A DNA stretch of 64,000 nucleotides from Oceanispirochaeta sp. (GCA_963666275.2 CAXXOA010000001.1:544001-608000); one strand, 5' to 3'; counted from the stretch's first letter, positions 28,507-39,379 are shown. The notes: generated by a model from the letters alone, not told the origin. Made by a program: numbers and translations.

Positions 28507-28956
28507 ATGTTTTTTTCACGTTTGATAGTTCCGGTCAGTTTGAATCTTTTCAGTATCATTTTTTTGATTTCTTCGCTGAGAATAGATAAAGCACCCATGG
28601 GAAACCCAAATGCACCACTATATTTTCCAGTAATCATTGCCGCGGGTTTGTTTGTTTTAAGTTTAATTTATTTCTTCGAAGAGTTTAAAAAACGTGATGA
28701 GTCTTTAGATGTACTGAGAAAACTTAAGAGTGGAAGAACTCCAAAGTTATTATTCGGAACAATGCTGATCTGTGTAGTCTATTCTATTTTTTTTGAAATA
28801 GTTGGGTTTCTTATATCCACCATTTTATTTTTATTTCTTGAATTATGTCTGGTCAATGGCATGAAACGTTGGAAAGTGAATATTCCAGTTGCAGTTATAT
28901 TTACAGTTGTGGTGTGGTTTGGTTTTTCAAGGCTGCTAGGTTTAAGTCTCCCTTGA
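28507..28956 (+). CDS. tctB: TTT small membrane subunit
   Basis: PLYFP, GFLIST, F..LLGLSLP C-terminus; GGAGG RBS fits ATG 28507. Confidence 0.88.
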   Translation: MFFSRLIVPVSLNLFSIIFLISSLRIDKAPMGNPNAPLYFPVIIAAGLFVLSLIYFFEEFKKRDESLDVLRKLKSGRTPKLLFGTMLICVVYSIFFEIVGFLISTILFLFLELCLVNGMKRWKVNIPVAVIFTVVVWFGFSRLLGLSLP

Positions 28957-29021
28957 ATTAAAACATTATCTAGTAGGACTTTATTTGAAATGAATATATT
29001 TTATAAAATAGGAGCCTATAA

Positions 29022-30560
29022 TTGGAACATTTAATTGCAATTGCCCAGGGGTTCTCAACGGTATTCCTGCCCGTTAACCTCATACTCATTGCATGTGGAG
29101 GTTTTTTAGGAACTGTTGTGGGAATGCTCCCCGGGCTTGGTCCCTCCACAGCAGTGGCAGTTCTTTTACCGGTTACATTCGGAATGGATGCCACTTCCGC
29201 TATGATTCTCTTGTCCACAGTATATTACGGCGCAATGTATGGTGGATCCCGCAGTTCTATCCTTTTAAATACGCCAGGAGATTCAGCAGCTATTGCAGCG
29301 ACATTTGACGGATATCCAATGACAAAAAACGGTCAGGCCGGACCCGCCCTTGCCATTTCCGCTCTGGCATCGCTTGTAGGTGGAACTATTGCGGTAATAG
29401 GATTTATCTTTCTTGCAAAACCTCTGGCCGGGTTTGCTTTGAAATTCGGCCCGACGGAATATTTCCTTTTGTATCTTTTTGCATTGTCAGCCGTTATTTC
29501 CCTTTCAACTGGGAAAATGGTCAAAGGCTTCATATCCATGTTTCTGGGGTTGGCAATCAGTACTATTGGAATTGATCTGCAAACTTCTGTTTATAGATTT
29601 ACATTCGGTATGCCTGAGTTCAGTAACGGTGTTCATTTTGTTGTAATCGTTATTGGAATTTATGCGGTGGGGGAAGTTCTCTTCAATTATCTTTCCATCG
29701 ATGTAAGCAAGAAGAAAAAAGAAAAAGGGAAGAGTAAAGACCTCGGCAGAATATGGGTTACAAAGGACCAGTGGAAACGATCAGTTAAACCCATTTTAAG
29801 AGGTGCTCCTCTTGGATTCCTTGTGGGGGTTTTACCAGGCGCTGGAGCCAGTATGGCATCTATTTTGGGATATTCTCTTGAAAAACAGGTCTCTAAAAAC
29901 CGTGATCAATTCGGCAAAGGAGCTATAGAAGGTTTGGCAGCTCCTGAATCGGCGAATAATGCAGCTTCGGTGGGAGCCTTTATCCCTATGCTGACAATGG
30001 GCATTCCCGGCTCTCCGGTAACCGCGGTAATGCTTGGTGCTCTCATCATGATCGGCGTCAGGCCGGGTCCGTTTCTATTTCAAAATAATCCTGAACTGGT
30101 CTGGTCTCTGGTTGACAGCATGTTTGTGGGAAATCTTTATCTTGTCGCCCTTAATATACTTCTTGTTGGTCTACTTGTTAAAATACTGGCAACTCCCTCC
30201 AAGATTCTTTATCCTGTGGTGCTCGCCCTGGCATTTGTCGGTACCTATACTTTGCAGTACAGCTCCCTGGATTTTTATATTGTCATCCTCTTCGGGTTCA
30301 TAGGTCTTTTTCTTAAGATGATTAAGTTTCCCATCGCACCGATGATTCTTTCCATGATTGTGGGGAAAGATATGGAGCAGTTTTTCAGAAAGGCGCTGGT
30401 CTTATCTGACGGGAGTTTAAAGGGATTCATCAGTTCTTCCATATCCTTAGTCCTTATTCTGCTTATTCTGCTCTCCGTTTTTTATCCTCTCATTATCGGA
30501 AAGATGGAGAAAAGAAAAAAAACTGAAAAAAAGGCAGATGTCAATAAACAAAATGCCTGA
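29022..30560 (+). CDS. tctA: TTT large membrane subunit
   Basis: GMLPGLGP, YYGAMYGGS, NTPGD, APESANNA, GIPGS; TTG start with AGGAG RBS. Confidence 0.95.
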   Translation: MEHLIAIAQGFSTVFLPVNLILIACGGFLGTVVGMLPGLGPSTAVAVLLPVTFGMDATSAMILLSTVYYGAMYGGSRSSILLNTPGDSAAIAATFDGYPMTKNGQAGPALAISALASLVGGTIAVIGFIFLAKPLAGFALKFGPTEYFLLYLFALSAVISLSTGKMVKGFISMFLGLAISTIGIDLQTSVYRFTFGMPEFSNGVHFVVIVIGIYAVGEVLFNYLSIDVSKKKKEKGKSKDLGRIWVTKDQWKRSVKPILRGAPLGFLVGVLPGAGASMASILGYSLEKQVSKNRDQFGKGAIEGLAAPESANNAASVGAFIPMLTMGIPGSPVTAVMLGALIMIGVRPGPFLFQNNPELVWSLVDSMFVGNLYLVALNILLVGLLVKILATPSKILYPVVLALAFVGTYTLQYSSLDFYIVILFGFIGLFLKMIKFPIAPMILSMIVGKDMEQFFRKALVLSDGSLKGFISSSISLVLILLILLSVFYPLIIGKMEKRKKTEKKADVNKQNA

Positions 30561-30592
30561 ACTTGATAACTACTACTAAATAGGAGACTCGA

Positions 30593-31327
30593 ATGTCTGA
30601 AAATAAAACTGCGCTTGTCATGAGCGCCCATTCCGCCGATTTTGTCTGGCGGGCAGGAGGAGCCATCGCGCTCCATGCGAAACGGGGATACGATGTCACC
30701 GTGGTCTGTCTCAGCTACGGCGAGAGAGGCGAAAGTGCCAAATACTGGAAAAAAGAGGGGATGACTCTCGAAAAAGTGAAAACCGAGAGACGCAAAGAGT
30801 CGGAAGCTGCGGCTGAGGCCCTGAATGTCCATGATATCCAGTTCTTTGATCTGGGGGATTATCCCCTGGAAATGGATAAGGAGGCAAAATTCAGGCTGGT
30901 CGATGTGATCAGAAAGGTACAGCCGGATTTTATGATGAGCCACTCCTTTGTGGATCCCTATAACACGGATCATGCCTATGTTACTAAAACCCTACTGGAA
31001 TGTCGTATGATCGCCCAGGCCTGGGGACACAATCCGGGGGAGAAAGTGCTGGGAGCACCGCAGGTGTACCTTTTTGAACCCCACCAGACAGAGCAGATGC
31101 AGTGGAAGCCCGATGTTTTCCTGGATATCACTGAAGTGTGGGATCAGAAGCGTGCCGCCATCGAGTGCATGCAGGGCCAGGAACATCTCTGGAATTACTA
31201 TACCAATGCCGGAGAAAACAGGGCCAATCATTTCAGAAGGAATTCAGGCGGCCAGGCGGGAGGACGGAATGCTCTTTATGCAGAAGGGTTTCAATCCGTA
31301 TTTCCCAGGACTGTGGACATCCTGTAG
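30593..31327 (+). CDS. galB: 4-oxalomesaconate hydratase (PIG-L family)
   Basis: SAHSADFVWRAGGAIALH, GERGESAK, DPYNTDH, FEPHQTEQ, GQEHLW match recalled Pseudomonas GalB; galD and galC nearby. Confidence 0.9.
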   Translation: MSENKTALVMSAHSADFVWRAGGAIALHAKRGYDVTVVCLSYGERGESAKYWKKEGMTLEKVKTERRKESEAAAEALNVHDIQFFDLGDYPLEMDKEAKFRLVDVIRKVQPDFMMSHSFVDPYNTDHAYVTKTLLECRMIAQAWGHNPGEKVLGAPQVYLFEPHQTEQMQWKPDVFLDITEVWDQKRAAIECMQGQEHLWNYYTNAGENRANHFRRNSGGQAGGRNALYAEGFQSVFPRTVDIL

Positions 31328-31540
31328 GCAACGCTTATACGCCGTTTTCCCATTCGGGAATAGCGTTAATCTTTACAAACGGAGGTGATAGTGAAAGAAT
31401 AATTGATCTACAATGAAGTAATGCATATATGTCAATCAATGTAGATCATAGGCAAGCTTTATCTTTTATGATGAGCCCATTTCCAATTGAATTATTTTTA
31501 TGTGGAATTGATTTAACAGTAGGAATTTAAAGGAGCTAAT

Positions 31541-32527
31541 ATGAAAAGGAAATTGTCAGGTTTTATTTCGGTTGCTATATTTCTTGTTTCCATGAATTCT
31601 TTTGCCGAGGGAATGCAGGAACAGGGAAATGCCGGGGGAGACTACCCCAGAAGACCTATAGAAATTGTTGTACCCTTCGGTGCAGGAGGATCTTCCGATC
31701 TGATGTCCCGTCAGGTTGCGAAGATTATGGAAAATTATGTGGATGTTCCTGTGAATGTCATAAATAAACCCGGAGGCGGCGGAATTGACGGTATGGTTTA
31801 TGCAAAGAATACCCCTGCCGACGGATACACTATGCTTCAGGTTACACCCTCCCATGCCATTGCTACTGCACTGGGAAGACCCAATGCCAATCTGCTGGAA
31901 GATTTCGCTCCCATTGGCAATTTTCAGGTTGACATTGTCTGTTTCGGAGTTTCAAAAGACAGCCCTATCGAGAACCTGGAAGATATGATCGCCTATGCGA
32001 AAGAGAATCCCGGAAAGCTCAAAATAGGCGGTACTTCTCCCGGTGGTTTGGACGATTACATCATCAACGGTTTTTCCCGGGAAGCGGGAATTGAGCTGCT
32101 CTACGTGCCATATAAATCGTCGGCTCAGACCAAAGCGGCCGTACTGGGCGGTGAAATCGATATTTATCAGGATAAACTGATTTCCTTCTCCTCCATGGTG
32201 AAATCCGGAGATATCAGACCCATTGTTGTACTTCATACATCCAGAATCGAGGGACTACCCGACCTGGCGGATGTTCCCTGTTCCGTAGAAAAAGGAATTT
32301 TCTTTACCCAGGGTTCCTGGCGGGGGTACGCCGTAAGAAAGGACACTCCCGTGGAGATTCAGGATTTACTGGCTGAATTAGTCCGTAAAGTCTATGCGTC
32401 TGAGGAATATCAGACAGCCAGTAAGAAAACCATGTCTAATATCATACCCGGGTATATCGGCCAGGAAGAGTATGGCCGGATGTGGGAGACTGAAACGACC
32501 CGATTCCGGGACGTTCTCGTAAGGTAA
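31541..32527 (+). CDS. tctC: Second TTT substrate-binding protein
   Basis: YPRRPIEIVVPFGAGGSSD, NKPGGGG, PADGYT, VPYKSS, WRGY. Confidence 0.92.
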   Translation: MKRKLSGFISVAIFLVSMNSFAEGMQEQGNAGGDYPRRPIEIVVPFGAGGSSDLMSRQVAKIMENYVDVPVNVINKPGGGGIDGMVYAKNTPADGYTMLQVTPSHAIATALGRPNANLLEDFAPIGNFQVDIVCFGVSKDSPIENLEDMIAYAKENPGKLKIGGTSPGGLDDYIINGFSREAGIELLYVPYKSSAQTKAAVLGGEIDIYQDKLISFSSMVKSGDIRPIVVLHTSRIEGLPDLADVPCSVEKGIFFTQGSWRGYAVRKDTPVEIQDLLAELVRKVYASEEYQTASKKTMSNIIPGYIGQEEYGRMWETETTRFRDVLVR

Positions 32528-32529
32528 GT

Positions 32530-32577
32530 TTTTTCAGAAAGAGAGGACTCCCGCGGAGTTCTTCTCTTTCTGAAAAA
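32530..32577 (+). terminator. Intercistronic stem-loop after second tctC
   Basis: TTTTTCAGAAAGAGAGGACTCC...GGAGTTCTTCTCTTTCTGAAAAA. Confidence 0.55.
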
Positions 32578-32596
32578 CAATTTAGGAGTCGTAAAA

Positions 32597-33067
32597 TTGG
32601 AAATACTATTCAGTCTAATCCTTGTCGCTCTTCTGGTCGGGGCATTCATCGTCTCGGGAAGCTTCGGAGGATTGGAGATCTCAACAGATAAAATAGGTCC
32701 TGCCGGATTTCCGCGTATGATCATCATCATCTGCCTTTTTTTAATGGTCCTGATCCTTCGGGATCTGATAAGAAAACCGAAAGAACAGAGCAAATCTCTC
32801 ACTCCCAGGGGGGTGAGTCTCATTGCCCTGAACGTAGGACTGTTCGGTCTCTATCTTTTCTTCCTGAATGTGATTGGTTTTATCCTTTCCACATTCCTCT
32901 ATGGAACTGTGGCCATCAGGACTATGGGATATAAATCTCTGAAAAAGAATGCCCTCTTTATGCTGATTCTGACAGTCCTTATAACCCTCATATTCGGCAG
33001 AATCTTTTACGTGTCACTGCCAAGAGGGCTTGGCTTTATGCGTCAGCTCTCTTATTTAGCCTATTAA
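32597..33067 (+). CDS. tctB: Second TTT small subunit
   Basis: GPAGFP, GFILST, FYVSLPRG. Confidence 0.88.
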   Translation: MEILFSLILVALLVGAFIVSGSFGGLEISTDKIGPAGFPRMIIIICLFLMVLILRDLIRKPKEQSKSLTPRGVSLIALNVGLFGLYLFFLNVIGFILSTFLYGTVAIRTMGYKSLKKNALFMLILTVLITLIFGRIFYVSLPRGLGFMRQLSYLAY

Positions 33068-33079
33068 AAGGAGACATAT

Positions 33080-34597
33080 ATGGAAAATATTTTACAGTCA
33101 CTGCCCATTGTTTTCAGTCCTTTTGCTCTCCTTTCGATGTTCCTGGGAACTTTTTTCGGGATTATCTGCGGAGCCTTACCGGGGTTGGGACCGACCATGT
33201 CGGTGGTGCTTCTTTTACCCTTCACCTATAAAATGGATCCCATTGTGGGGATTATCACACTGATAGCCGTGAATGTCGGTGCCCAGGCGGGAGGGAGTAT
33301 CTCCTCCATTCTTCTGAAAGTTCCAGGAACTCCCAGTGCCATCGCGACAACCTTTGACGGCTATCCCATGGCAAAGCAGGGAAAAGTCGGGAAAGCTCTG
33401 GGACTGTCGATTTCAGCCTCTGCCATCGGAAGTATTATTTCTGCAATTATCATGCTCGTGTCGGCACCCATGCTGTCACGGTTCGCCCTGAAATTCCAGA
33501 GTGCCGAATATTTTGCCCTGGCTCTTCTGGGGCTGAGCTGTATTTCCAGTCTGGGAGCAAAGAATCAATTGAAGTCCCTGGTAGCCGCTGGTTTCGGCCT
33601 ATTGCTTTCTACGGTAGGACTGGATTCCATTAATGGAACTGAACGGTTTACTTTCGGACAGAATTTTCTGATGGGCGGTATTGATTATATCCCGGTTCTC
33701 GTCGGAGCCTATGCCATAGCGGAAGTCTATAAGAACATCGGAAAGATCTTGAGTACCAAACAGCCGGAAAAAACAATCGAAGGAAAGACAAAATTTCAAT
33801 TCATCACATTAAAAGAGATCCTCTCCAAATGGAAGACCTATGTGAAGGGTTCGGTTATCGGTACCCTCGTAGGAATAGTACCTGCAGCAGGTGGATCCAT
33901 AGCCGCTTTCATTGCCTACAGCGAGGAAGTCCGCTCCAGTAAGCATCCGGAAAAATTCGGAACTGGAATTGATGAGGGAATCATTGCCCCGGAAAGCTCC
34001 AATAATGCCGCAGTAGGGGGGTCTCTTGTTCCCACACTGACATTGGGAATTCCCGGAAGTCCCGTGGCTGCTATCATCATGGCTGCTTTCATGCTTCATG
34101 GATTGACCCCCGGACCTTTGCTTATTAAACAGCAGCCCACTATGCTGTACAGCATCTTTTTCGGGATCATCATAGCGTCTCTCATGCTGTTATTTGTTCT
34201 TGGGAAAGTTATTGCCAGACAGTTTTCCCGTATACTGAAACTCCCATATCCCATGCTGGCTGTTCTGATTATGGTCCTGGGAGTTGTAGGGGCCTACTCT
34301 CTGAGGAATAATATGACAGATGTTATTTTTGTCTTTTTCTTCAGTTTCGTCGGGTACTTTTTTACAAGATTTGACTATTCGACTTCATCGTTTGTCCTGG
34401 GGCTTATCCTCGGATCGATTCTGGAGAATGCCATGAGGAAACAGCTCATTGTAAGTGAAGGTCACTGGATCGGTTTTTTCACAAGACCTATCTCTCTGAT
34501 TATACTATTGCTGGCTCTGATAGCTTTTATAAGTCCCCATGTGAAGGCGTTCCTTATGAAAAGAGGCGCGGACTCTGCTCAAATCAAAAATGATTAA
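33080..34597 (+). CDS. tctA: Second TTT large subunit
   Basis: GALPGLGP, VPGTPSAIATTFDGYPM, APESSNNA, GIPGS. Confidence 0.95.
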   Translation: MENILQSLPIVFSPFALLSMFLGTFFGIICGALPGLGPTMSVVLLLPFTYKMDPIVGIITLIAVNVGAQAGGSISSILLKVPGTPSAIATTFDGYPMAKQGKVGKALGLSISASAIGSIISAIIMLVSAPMLSRFALKFQSAEYFALALLGLSCISSLGAKNQLKSLVAAGFGLLLSTVGLDSINGTERFTFGQNFLMGGIDYIPVLVGAYAIAEVYKNIGKILSTKQPEKTIEGKTKFQFITLKEILSKWKTYVKGSVIGTLVGIVPAAGGSIAAFIAYSEEVRSSKHPEKFGTGIDEGIIAPESSNNAAVGGSLVPTLTLGIPGSPVAAIIMAAFMLHGLTPGPLLIKQQPTMLYSIFFGIIIASLMLLFVLGKVIARQFSRILKLPYPMLAVLIMVLGVVGAYSLRNNMTDVIFVFFFSFVGYFFTRFDYSTSSFVLGLILGSILENAMRKQLIVSEGHWIGFFTRPISLIILLLALIAFISPHVKAFLMKRGADSAQIKND

Positions 34598-34684
34598 TGG
34601 ATCTTTGCTTCTATTATTTAAGTGTTGGAAGTTTCCGGTGCTACAGGATATATTATCAATTGAATTCCGATTTAGGAGATTGTA

Positions 34685-35332
34685 ATGAAAAATAACGGAC
34701 CCTCCGTTGCTGTGTATGAGAGTTTGAAGAAAAAGATTGAAAACGGTTCTTTATCTCCCAGTGAAAATCTCCGTGAAGTTGAACTGGCCAACCAGTACAA
34801 GGTGAGCCGGAACACGATAAAAAAAGCTCTCCTGATGCTGGAGCGGGATACTCTTGTCTCTATTGAGCAGAATAAGGGTGCCAAAGTCCGATCCTACTCT
34901 CTGGATGAGGTTCTTGAATTTCTGGAACTCAGAAGTTTCATGGAAGGGTTTATAACCAGACTGGCCTGCAACGCCCTTACGAGAGAGGCTCTGGCCGCTC
35001 TCGAGGGTATTCTTCAGCAAATGAAAGTCTATAAAGAGAAACAGGAGCTTGTGTCCTACTCGGAAAACAATCAGAAGTTTCACAAAATCATCTATGATGC
35101 CTGTCCCAACAATACGGCAACCAGACTTCTGGTGAGTCTCAAGGGGCAGATGAAAAAATATAACACCAAAACAATCCTGATTCCCGGTCGTAGCGATCAG
35201 TCTTTTGCTGAGCATGAAGCGATATTCCAGGCTCTGAAAGATAAGGATTGTGCCAGGGCCGAAAGCCTTATGGTTGAGCATGTTATGAATGTCCGGGAAG
35301 TTTTTCAGAAAAACTTTCAATTGCTCCTTTAA
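34685..35332 (+). CDS. GntR-family regulator with FCD domain
   Basis: LREVELANQYKVSRNTIKKAL HTH; N..FH, EH..I, H FCD residues. Confidence 0.93.
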   Translation: MKNNGPSVAVYESLKKKIENGSLSPSENLREVELANQYKVSRNTIKKALLMLERDTLVSIEQNKGAKVRSYSLDEVLEFLELRSFMEGFITRLACNALTREALAALEGILQQMKVYKEKQELVSYSENNQKFHKIIYDACPNNTATRLLVSLKGQMKKYNTKTILIPGRSDQSFAEHEAIFQALKDKDCARAESLMVEHVMNVREVFQKNFQLLL

Positions 35333-35349
35333 TATTACAGGAAAAAACA

Positions 35350-36438
35350 ATGCAGAGAAATATACCTTTTATGCAGATCCGGGGAGGCAGCTCCAAGGGG
35401 CTGTACTTCCGGAATGAACATCTGCCGGCAGATACTGATGAAAAAGACAGAATCCTACTGGCAGCCATGGCCGGTAGCGGTCCTTCCGATAAAAGGCAGA
35501 TAGACGGATTAGGCGGTGGGGATCCTTTGACGAGTAAAGTGGGAATTGTGTCACTGTCATCCAGAGAAGATGCCGATCTGGACTATGAATTTGTTCAGGT
35601 TCTTGTGGGAGAAGGCCGGGCGGACAGAACTCAGAACTGTGGAAATATTCTGGCGGGAGTGGCTCCGTTTGCTCTCGAAACCGGGATGATTCAGGCTTCT
35701 GATCCGGAAACACAGGTCAGGATCTTTATGACCAACAGCGGGTCTGTCTGTACCGTAAAGCTTCAGACACCAGGGGGACACATTACTTATAGTGGAGATG
35801 CCTCCATAGACGGGGTTCCGGGAACCTCTGCTCCTATCAAATGCAATTATCAGGATATCGCCGGGTCTGCCTGCGGTTCTCTTCTGCCCACAGGAAATCC
35901 TGCGGATACCATCGATGGTATTCAGGTGACCTGTATTGATAACGGGATGCCTGTGGTCCTGCTGCGGGCTTCCGATCTGGATCGGACAGGAAGAGAGACC
36001 CCGGAGCAACTCAATAGTGATACAGAGTTGAAAGAACGTCTGGAAAGGATCCGTCTGCAGGCGGGGATAGCGATGAACCTGGGGGATGTTTCCGGAAAAT
36101 CCGTACCGAAAATGACTCTGATCTCCCCACCTGAAAATGGCGGACTGGTCAATACCAGAAGTTTTATCCCCCATAAAATCCATGCTGCCATCGGAGTTCT
36201 GGCGTCAGTCACTGTGGCTACAGGGTGTCTCATTCCCGGTACAGTGGCGGCCGGTATGGCCAGAATGGAGACTGCCGGTGATGACTCGATTTACAGAATC
36301 GAGCATCCCTCGGGAGATCTCACTGTGAATCTCGTTTTAGATTTGTCCGGGGAGTTCCCGGATGTGAAAGAAGCGGGAATCATCAGAACAGCCCGGGCTC
36401 TGAGCCGGGGCGAAATACTATTACCAGAAGGAATGTGA
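35350..36438 (+). CDS. galD: 4-oxalomesaconate tautomerase (PrpF family)
   Basis: [64 protein letters not shown]. Confidence 0.9.
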   Translation: MQRNIPFMQIRGGSSKGLYFRNEHLPADTDEKDRILLAAMAGSGPSDKRQIDGLGGGDPLTSKVGIVSLSSREDADLDYEFVQVLVGEGRADRTQNCGNILAGVAPFALETGMIQASDPETQVRIFMTNSGSVCTVKLQTPGGHITYSGDASIDGVPGTSAPIKCNYQDIAGSACGSLLPTGNPADTIDGIQVTCIDNGMPVVLLRASDLDRTGRETPEQLNSDTELKERLERIRLQAGIAMNLGDVSGKSVPKMTLISPPENGGLVNTRSFIPHKIHAAIGVLASVTVATGCLIPGTVAAGMARMETAGDDSIYRIEHPSGDLTVNLVLDLSGEFPDVKEAGIIRTARALSRGEILLPEGM

Positions 36439-36439
36439 A

Positions 36440-37147
36440 ATGAAAACAGTAGCTGTGAAAAATATAGAAAGAGCTGATCAGAATGTGATCGATCGTCTCG
36501 GTGAACTGGGGGTTGCCACAACCCATGAAGCTCAGGGAAGGATAGGACTCCTCAAACCCTATATCCGGCCTATCTATCGACATGCGAGAATTGCCGGAAG
36601 TGCTGTCACTGTCCTGGTTCAGCCCGGTGACAACTGGATGATGCATGTGGCGATTGAACTTTGCCGACCCGGAGATGTCCTGGTTGTCGCCTGTTCCTCA
36701 GATACGGATAATGGATTTTTCGGTGATCTTCTGGCCGAATCAGCCAAGGCACGGGGTGTGAAAGGACTTATTATTGACGGAGGGGTCCGGGATACAGGGC
36801 CTTTGGAGGATATGGAATTTCCTGTCTGGTCTAGAGCTGTCAGTTCCCAGGGAACTGTCAAGGAGACTCTGGGAGCCGTTAATGTGCCCATCGTCTGTGC
36901 CGGACAGTTCATTCTGCCTGGAGATATTGTCGTTGCTGATGACGACGGGGTGGTCGTTGTAGAAAGACGTGCTGCTGAAAAAGTTCTCGAAGAAGGAGTC
37001 GCCCGGGAAAACAGGGAAATAGAAAAAAGAAAACGTCTGGCCGCTGGAGAGCTGGGGCTAGATATCTATAACATGCGTCCCCGTCTTGAAGAAAAGGGCC
37101 TGGTCTATCTGGAAAATCTGGAAGAGTATTACAGCTTTAATGCTTAG
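36440..37147 (+). CDS. galC: 4-carboxy-4-hydroxy-2-oxoadipate (HMG/CHA) aldolase, LigK/GalC
   Basis: [53 protein letters not shown]. Confidence 0.92.
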   Translation: MKTVAVKNIERADQNVIDRLGELGVATTHEAQGRIGLLKPYIRPIYRHARIAGSAVTVLVQPGDNWMMHVAIELCRPGDVLVVACSSDTDNGFFGDLLAESAKARGVKGLIIDGGVRDTGPLEDMEFPVWSRAVSSQGTVKETLGAVNVPIVCAGQFILPGDIVVADDDGVVVVERRAAEKVLEEGVARENREIEKRKRLAAGELGLDIYNMRPRLEEKGLVYLENLEEYYSFNA

Positions 37148-37164
37148 CTGAACTTTCTGGGCTG

Positions 37165-37201
37165 CAGAACACGCGGGAAAATCTGTTTCCAGCGTGTTCT
37201 G
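37165..37201. terminator. Stem-loop between convergent galC and DUF4139 genes
   Basis: CAGAACACGCGGGAAA...TTTCCAGCGTGTTCTG. Confidence 0.65.
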
Positions 37202-37229
37202 ATATAATAATCACTCCTATTTCCGTGTT

Positions 37230-39245
37230 CTATATATCCAGACTCAGAATATACTCTTTCAGCCTCTCCTCGGATCTGAGAATTTCCGTCTGAAGGCTGT
37301 CCAGGCGGGTATTGTACGACTGGATCTGCTTCTCCTGATCACCGAGCTGTTTCTCATACTGTTCATAGAGATCTGAACTTTTGTCCAGGACTTTCATATT
37401 CTCCCGGATCCGGCTCTGATCTCTTCCCAGGCGGCTAAGGCTGTTGTTCACCGATGTGATCTCACTGCGGATCCTGTCGCTGTCCCTTTTCAGGTCCGAA
37501 AGTTTTTTCAGAGCTCCTTCCAGTTCCGGGTTCAGGCCATTCCACTCCAGATAGTAGGCATAGTCCTGGACTCCCATACTCAGTAGGTTATACTGACGGG
37601 TGCTTATATACTCCTCTCTCACGGGGACCGGCTGTTCCCAGTCCGACAGGGTGAATCTGTACTCTCCCGGTGTTTCCTCCTGAATCTCCGGGCTTTCGAT
37701 CAGATTCCATCCCGCATTTTTCGGATGAATCAGGAGCAGCTCCCTTTCATCTCCCTCAATTCTGTAGAGGGTTTCTCTCCGGATCCTGTCTTCCCTGTAC
37801 AGAAGACCGTCTGCCATTTTGAGGCTTACTATCTTCTGGGGTTCCGAGCTTGTCTCTTTCAGAACTTCCACTGATCCGTGGACCGCATAGGTCAGAAGTC
37901 TGGAATTTTCCGGAAGCATTTCCGGCAGAAGGGTATCTCCCGCATAGGAGCGGCCTTCCAGTACTGTGGCGGGGCCTGTGGCCCATTGCGCATCAGAGCT
38001 GTTTTCCAGCCGGATCCCCTTGAAGACCATATCGTAGGAGGGGTCATAGACCGCCAGGGAGGACCCGGCATTCTCCGATACCAGTATGGGGATCATCGCC
38101 GTGGAACGGGCTTCCAGGGTGACGGGAGTCTTTACATCATAGCGGTAGAAGTTCCCTGCACGGCTTCCCAGGGCCCTGGATTCCGCCGGGGCGGGAACAT
38201 AGGATTCTTCCATCTCATAGGCTTCATCGGCATAGTAATCCCCTGCCATCTCATCTTCCATAGCCATCATCTGGGAAGAGGCTCTGTAGGATTTTTCCAT
38301 AGCCATGGAGGGCGCCGGTTCAGGAGCATAACCCCTGTCATATCCTGTCGCTCCGATGGGGGCGGCCGAGGCGATCTCCACCTGGTCTCTGTGAACATAC
38401 CGGGGTGTTGAAAGATCCATGGTAAAGGCATTGGGGCTTCCCGCTACAAAGCCCAGCCGGACATCTTTCCAGGGGGCATTCCCTGTATTCTGAACAAGGG
38501 CCCATCCCTCCAGCCGGGGAACTCCCTCTTCATTCAGGGTGATTCTATAGCTTGTCTTCCAGAGGGGAACAGCTCTGATATAACTGATTCTGATCCGTCT
38601 TTCACCGGTTCCCGTACAGCGGATTGCCAGCATCCTGGTGGACTTTATCCGGGACTGGGCAATCAGGGTCAGGGCTCTGTTCATTTCATCCCTCAGGACA
38701 GGATCATCATAGCTCAGGCTCTGGAGTTCTGTTATATTCACTGCTCTGATTCCGCTTTCGTCCAGCAGGTTCAGAACCGTCAGGGTGCTCTCATCTTCTC
38801 TCTGAATCTCCACACTGAAAATCTTTCCCGAGTAGGTTCCTTCCCGGGTTGTTACGGTCACAATCTCTCCCTGGGTTCTGAGGAGGAAATCCTTCAGAGC
38901 CGGTGATCCCGAGGGGTTGATCCTCATGTCTCCCAGGGCGGAAGAGAGGGGGTCTCCGCTGGCGAAGCTGACCGCTTCTGTGGTGCCTCCTCCCAGATCC
39001 TCCAGGACAAGGCTTTTCAGGATGTCATTCATATCCTTATGCTCTACCGGAAGATAGATCGTCTGATTGCCCTGCACGGTGGTTTCATGGACAATCTGAG
39101 CCAGTCCGGCCGTGTAGAGGGTGACACCTGTGACAGGCAGGGGGCTTCCCGAGACGGATGACAGGTCGACAGTTCCTTCTCCGGCGCTGACGGCGGGGAG
39201 ACCGATGGTAATAAAAAATATTAGAGCCAGTGTGATTCTATTCAT
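37230..39245 (-). CDS. Secreted DUF4139/DUF4140-like protein with C-terminal coiled coil
   Basis: Signal peptide; VTLYTAGLA, NDILKSL, PLWKTSYR, GWALVQNTG..W, C-terminal heptads (DQSRIRENM). Confidence 0.75.
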   Translation of the reverse strand: MNRITLALIFFITIGLPAVSAGEGTVDLSSVSGSPLPVTGVTLYTAGLAQIVHETTVQGNQTIYLPVEHKDMNDILKSLVLEDLGGGTTEAVSFASGDPLSSALGDMRINPSGSPALKDFLLRTQGEIVTVTTREGTYSGKIFSVEIQREDESTLTVLNLLDESGIRAVNITELQSLSYDDPVLRDEMNRALTLIAQSRIKSTRMLAIRCTGTGERRIRISYIRAVPLWKTSYRITLNEEGVPRLEGWALVQNTGNAPWKDVRLGFVAGSPNAFTMDLSTPRYVHRDQVEIASAAPIGATGYDRGYAPEPAPSMAMEKSYRASSQMMAMEDEMAGDYYADEAYEMEESYVPAPAESRALGSRAGNFYRYDVKTPVTLEARSTAMIPILVSENAGSSLAVYDPSYDMVFKGIRLENSSDAQWATGPATVLEGRSYAGDTLLPEMLPENSRLLTYAVHGSVEVLKETSSEPQKIVSLKMADGLLYREDRIRRETLYRIEGDERELLLIHPKNAGWNLIESPEIQEETPGEYRFTLSDWEQPVPVREEYISTRQYNLLSMGVQDYAYYLEWNGLNPELEGALKKLSDLKRDSDRIRSEITSVNNSLSRLGRDQSRIRENMKVLDKSSDLYEQYEKQLGDQEKQIQSYNTRLDSLQTEILRSEERLKEYILSLDI

Positions 39246-39343
39246 AATATTGAAGGATATTATATCCCCGTTGTATTTGCTATCAGTTTTACAGGAAATA
39301 CAGGAGAACTGAGTGTTTTGGCAGACCCCTGAGGGCTCAAGGG

Positions 39344-39372
39344 TTGACCAGTTTCAAAACCTTTTTTATGAT
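39344..39372 (+). promoter_or_regulatory. Sigma70 promoter upstream of riboswitch-glyA
   Basis: TTGACC-17-TATGAT ending 8 nt before the riboswitch. Confidence 0.7.
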
Positions 39373-39379
39373 ATTAAAA

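Noticed and set aside
31381..31450. GGAGGTG-GTG mini-ORF and TGATCTACA/TGTAGATCA inverted repeat between galB and tctC
   Set aside because: The ORF is three codons and the dyad is single-copy; not enough to assign a function
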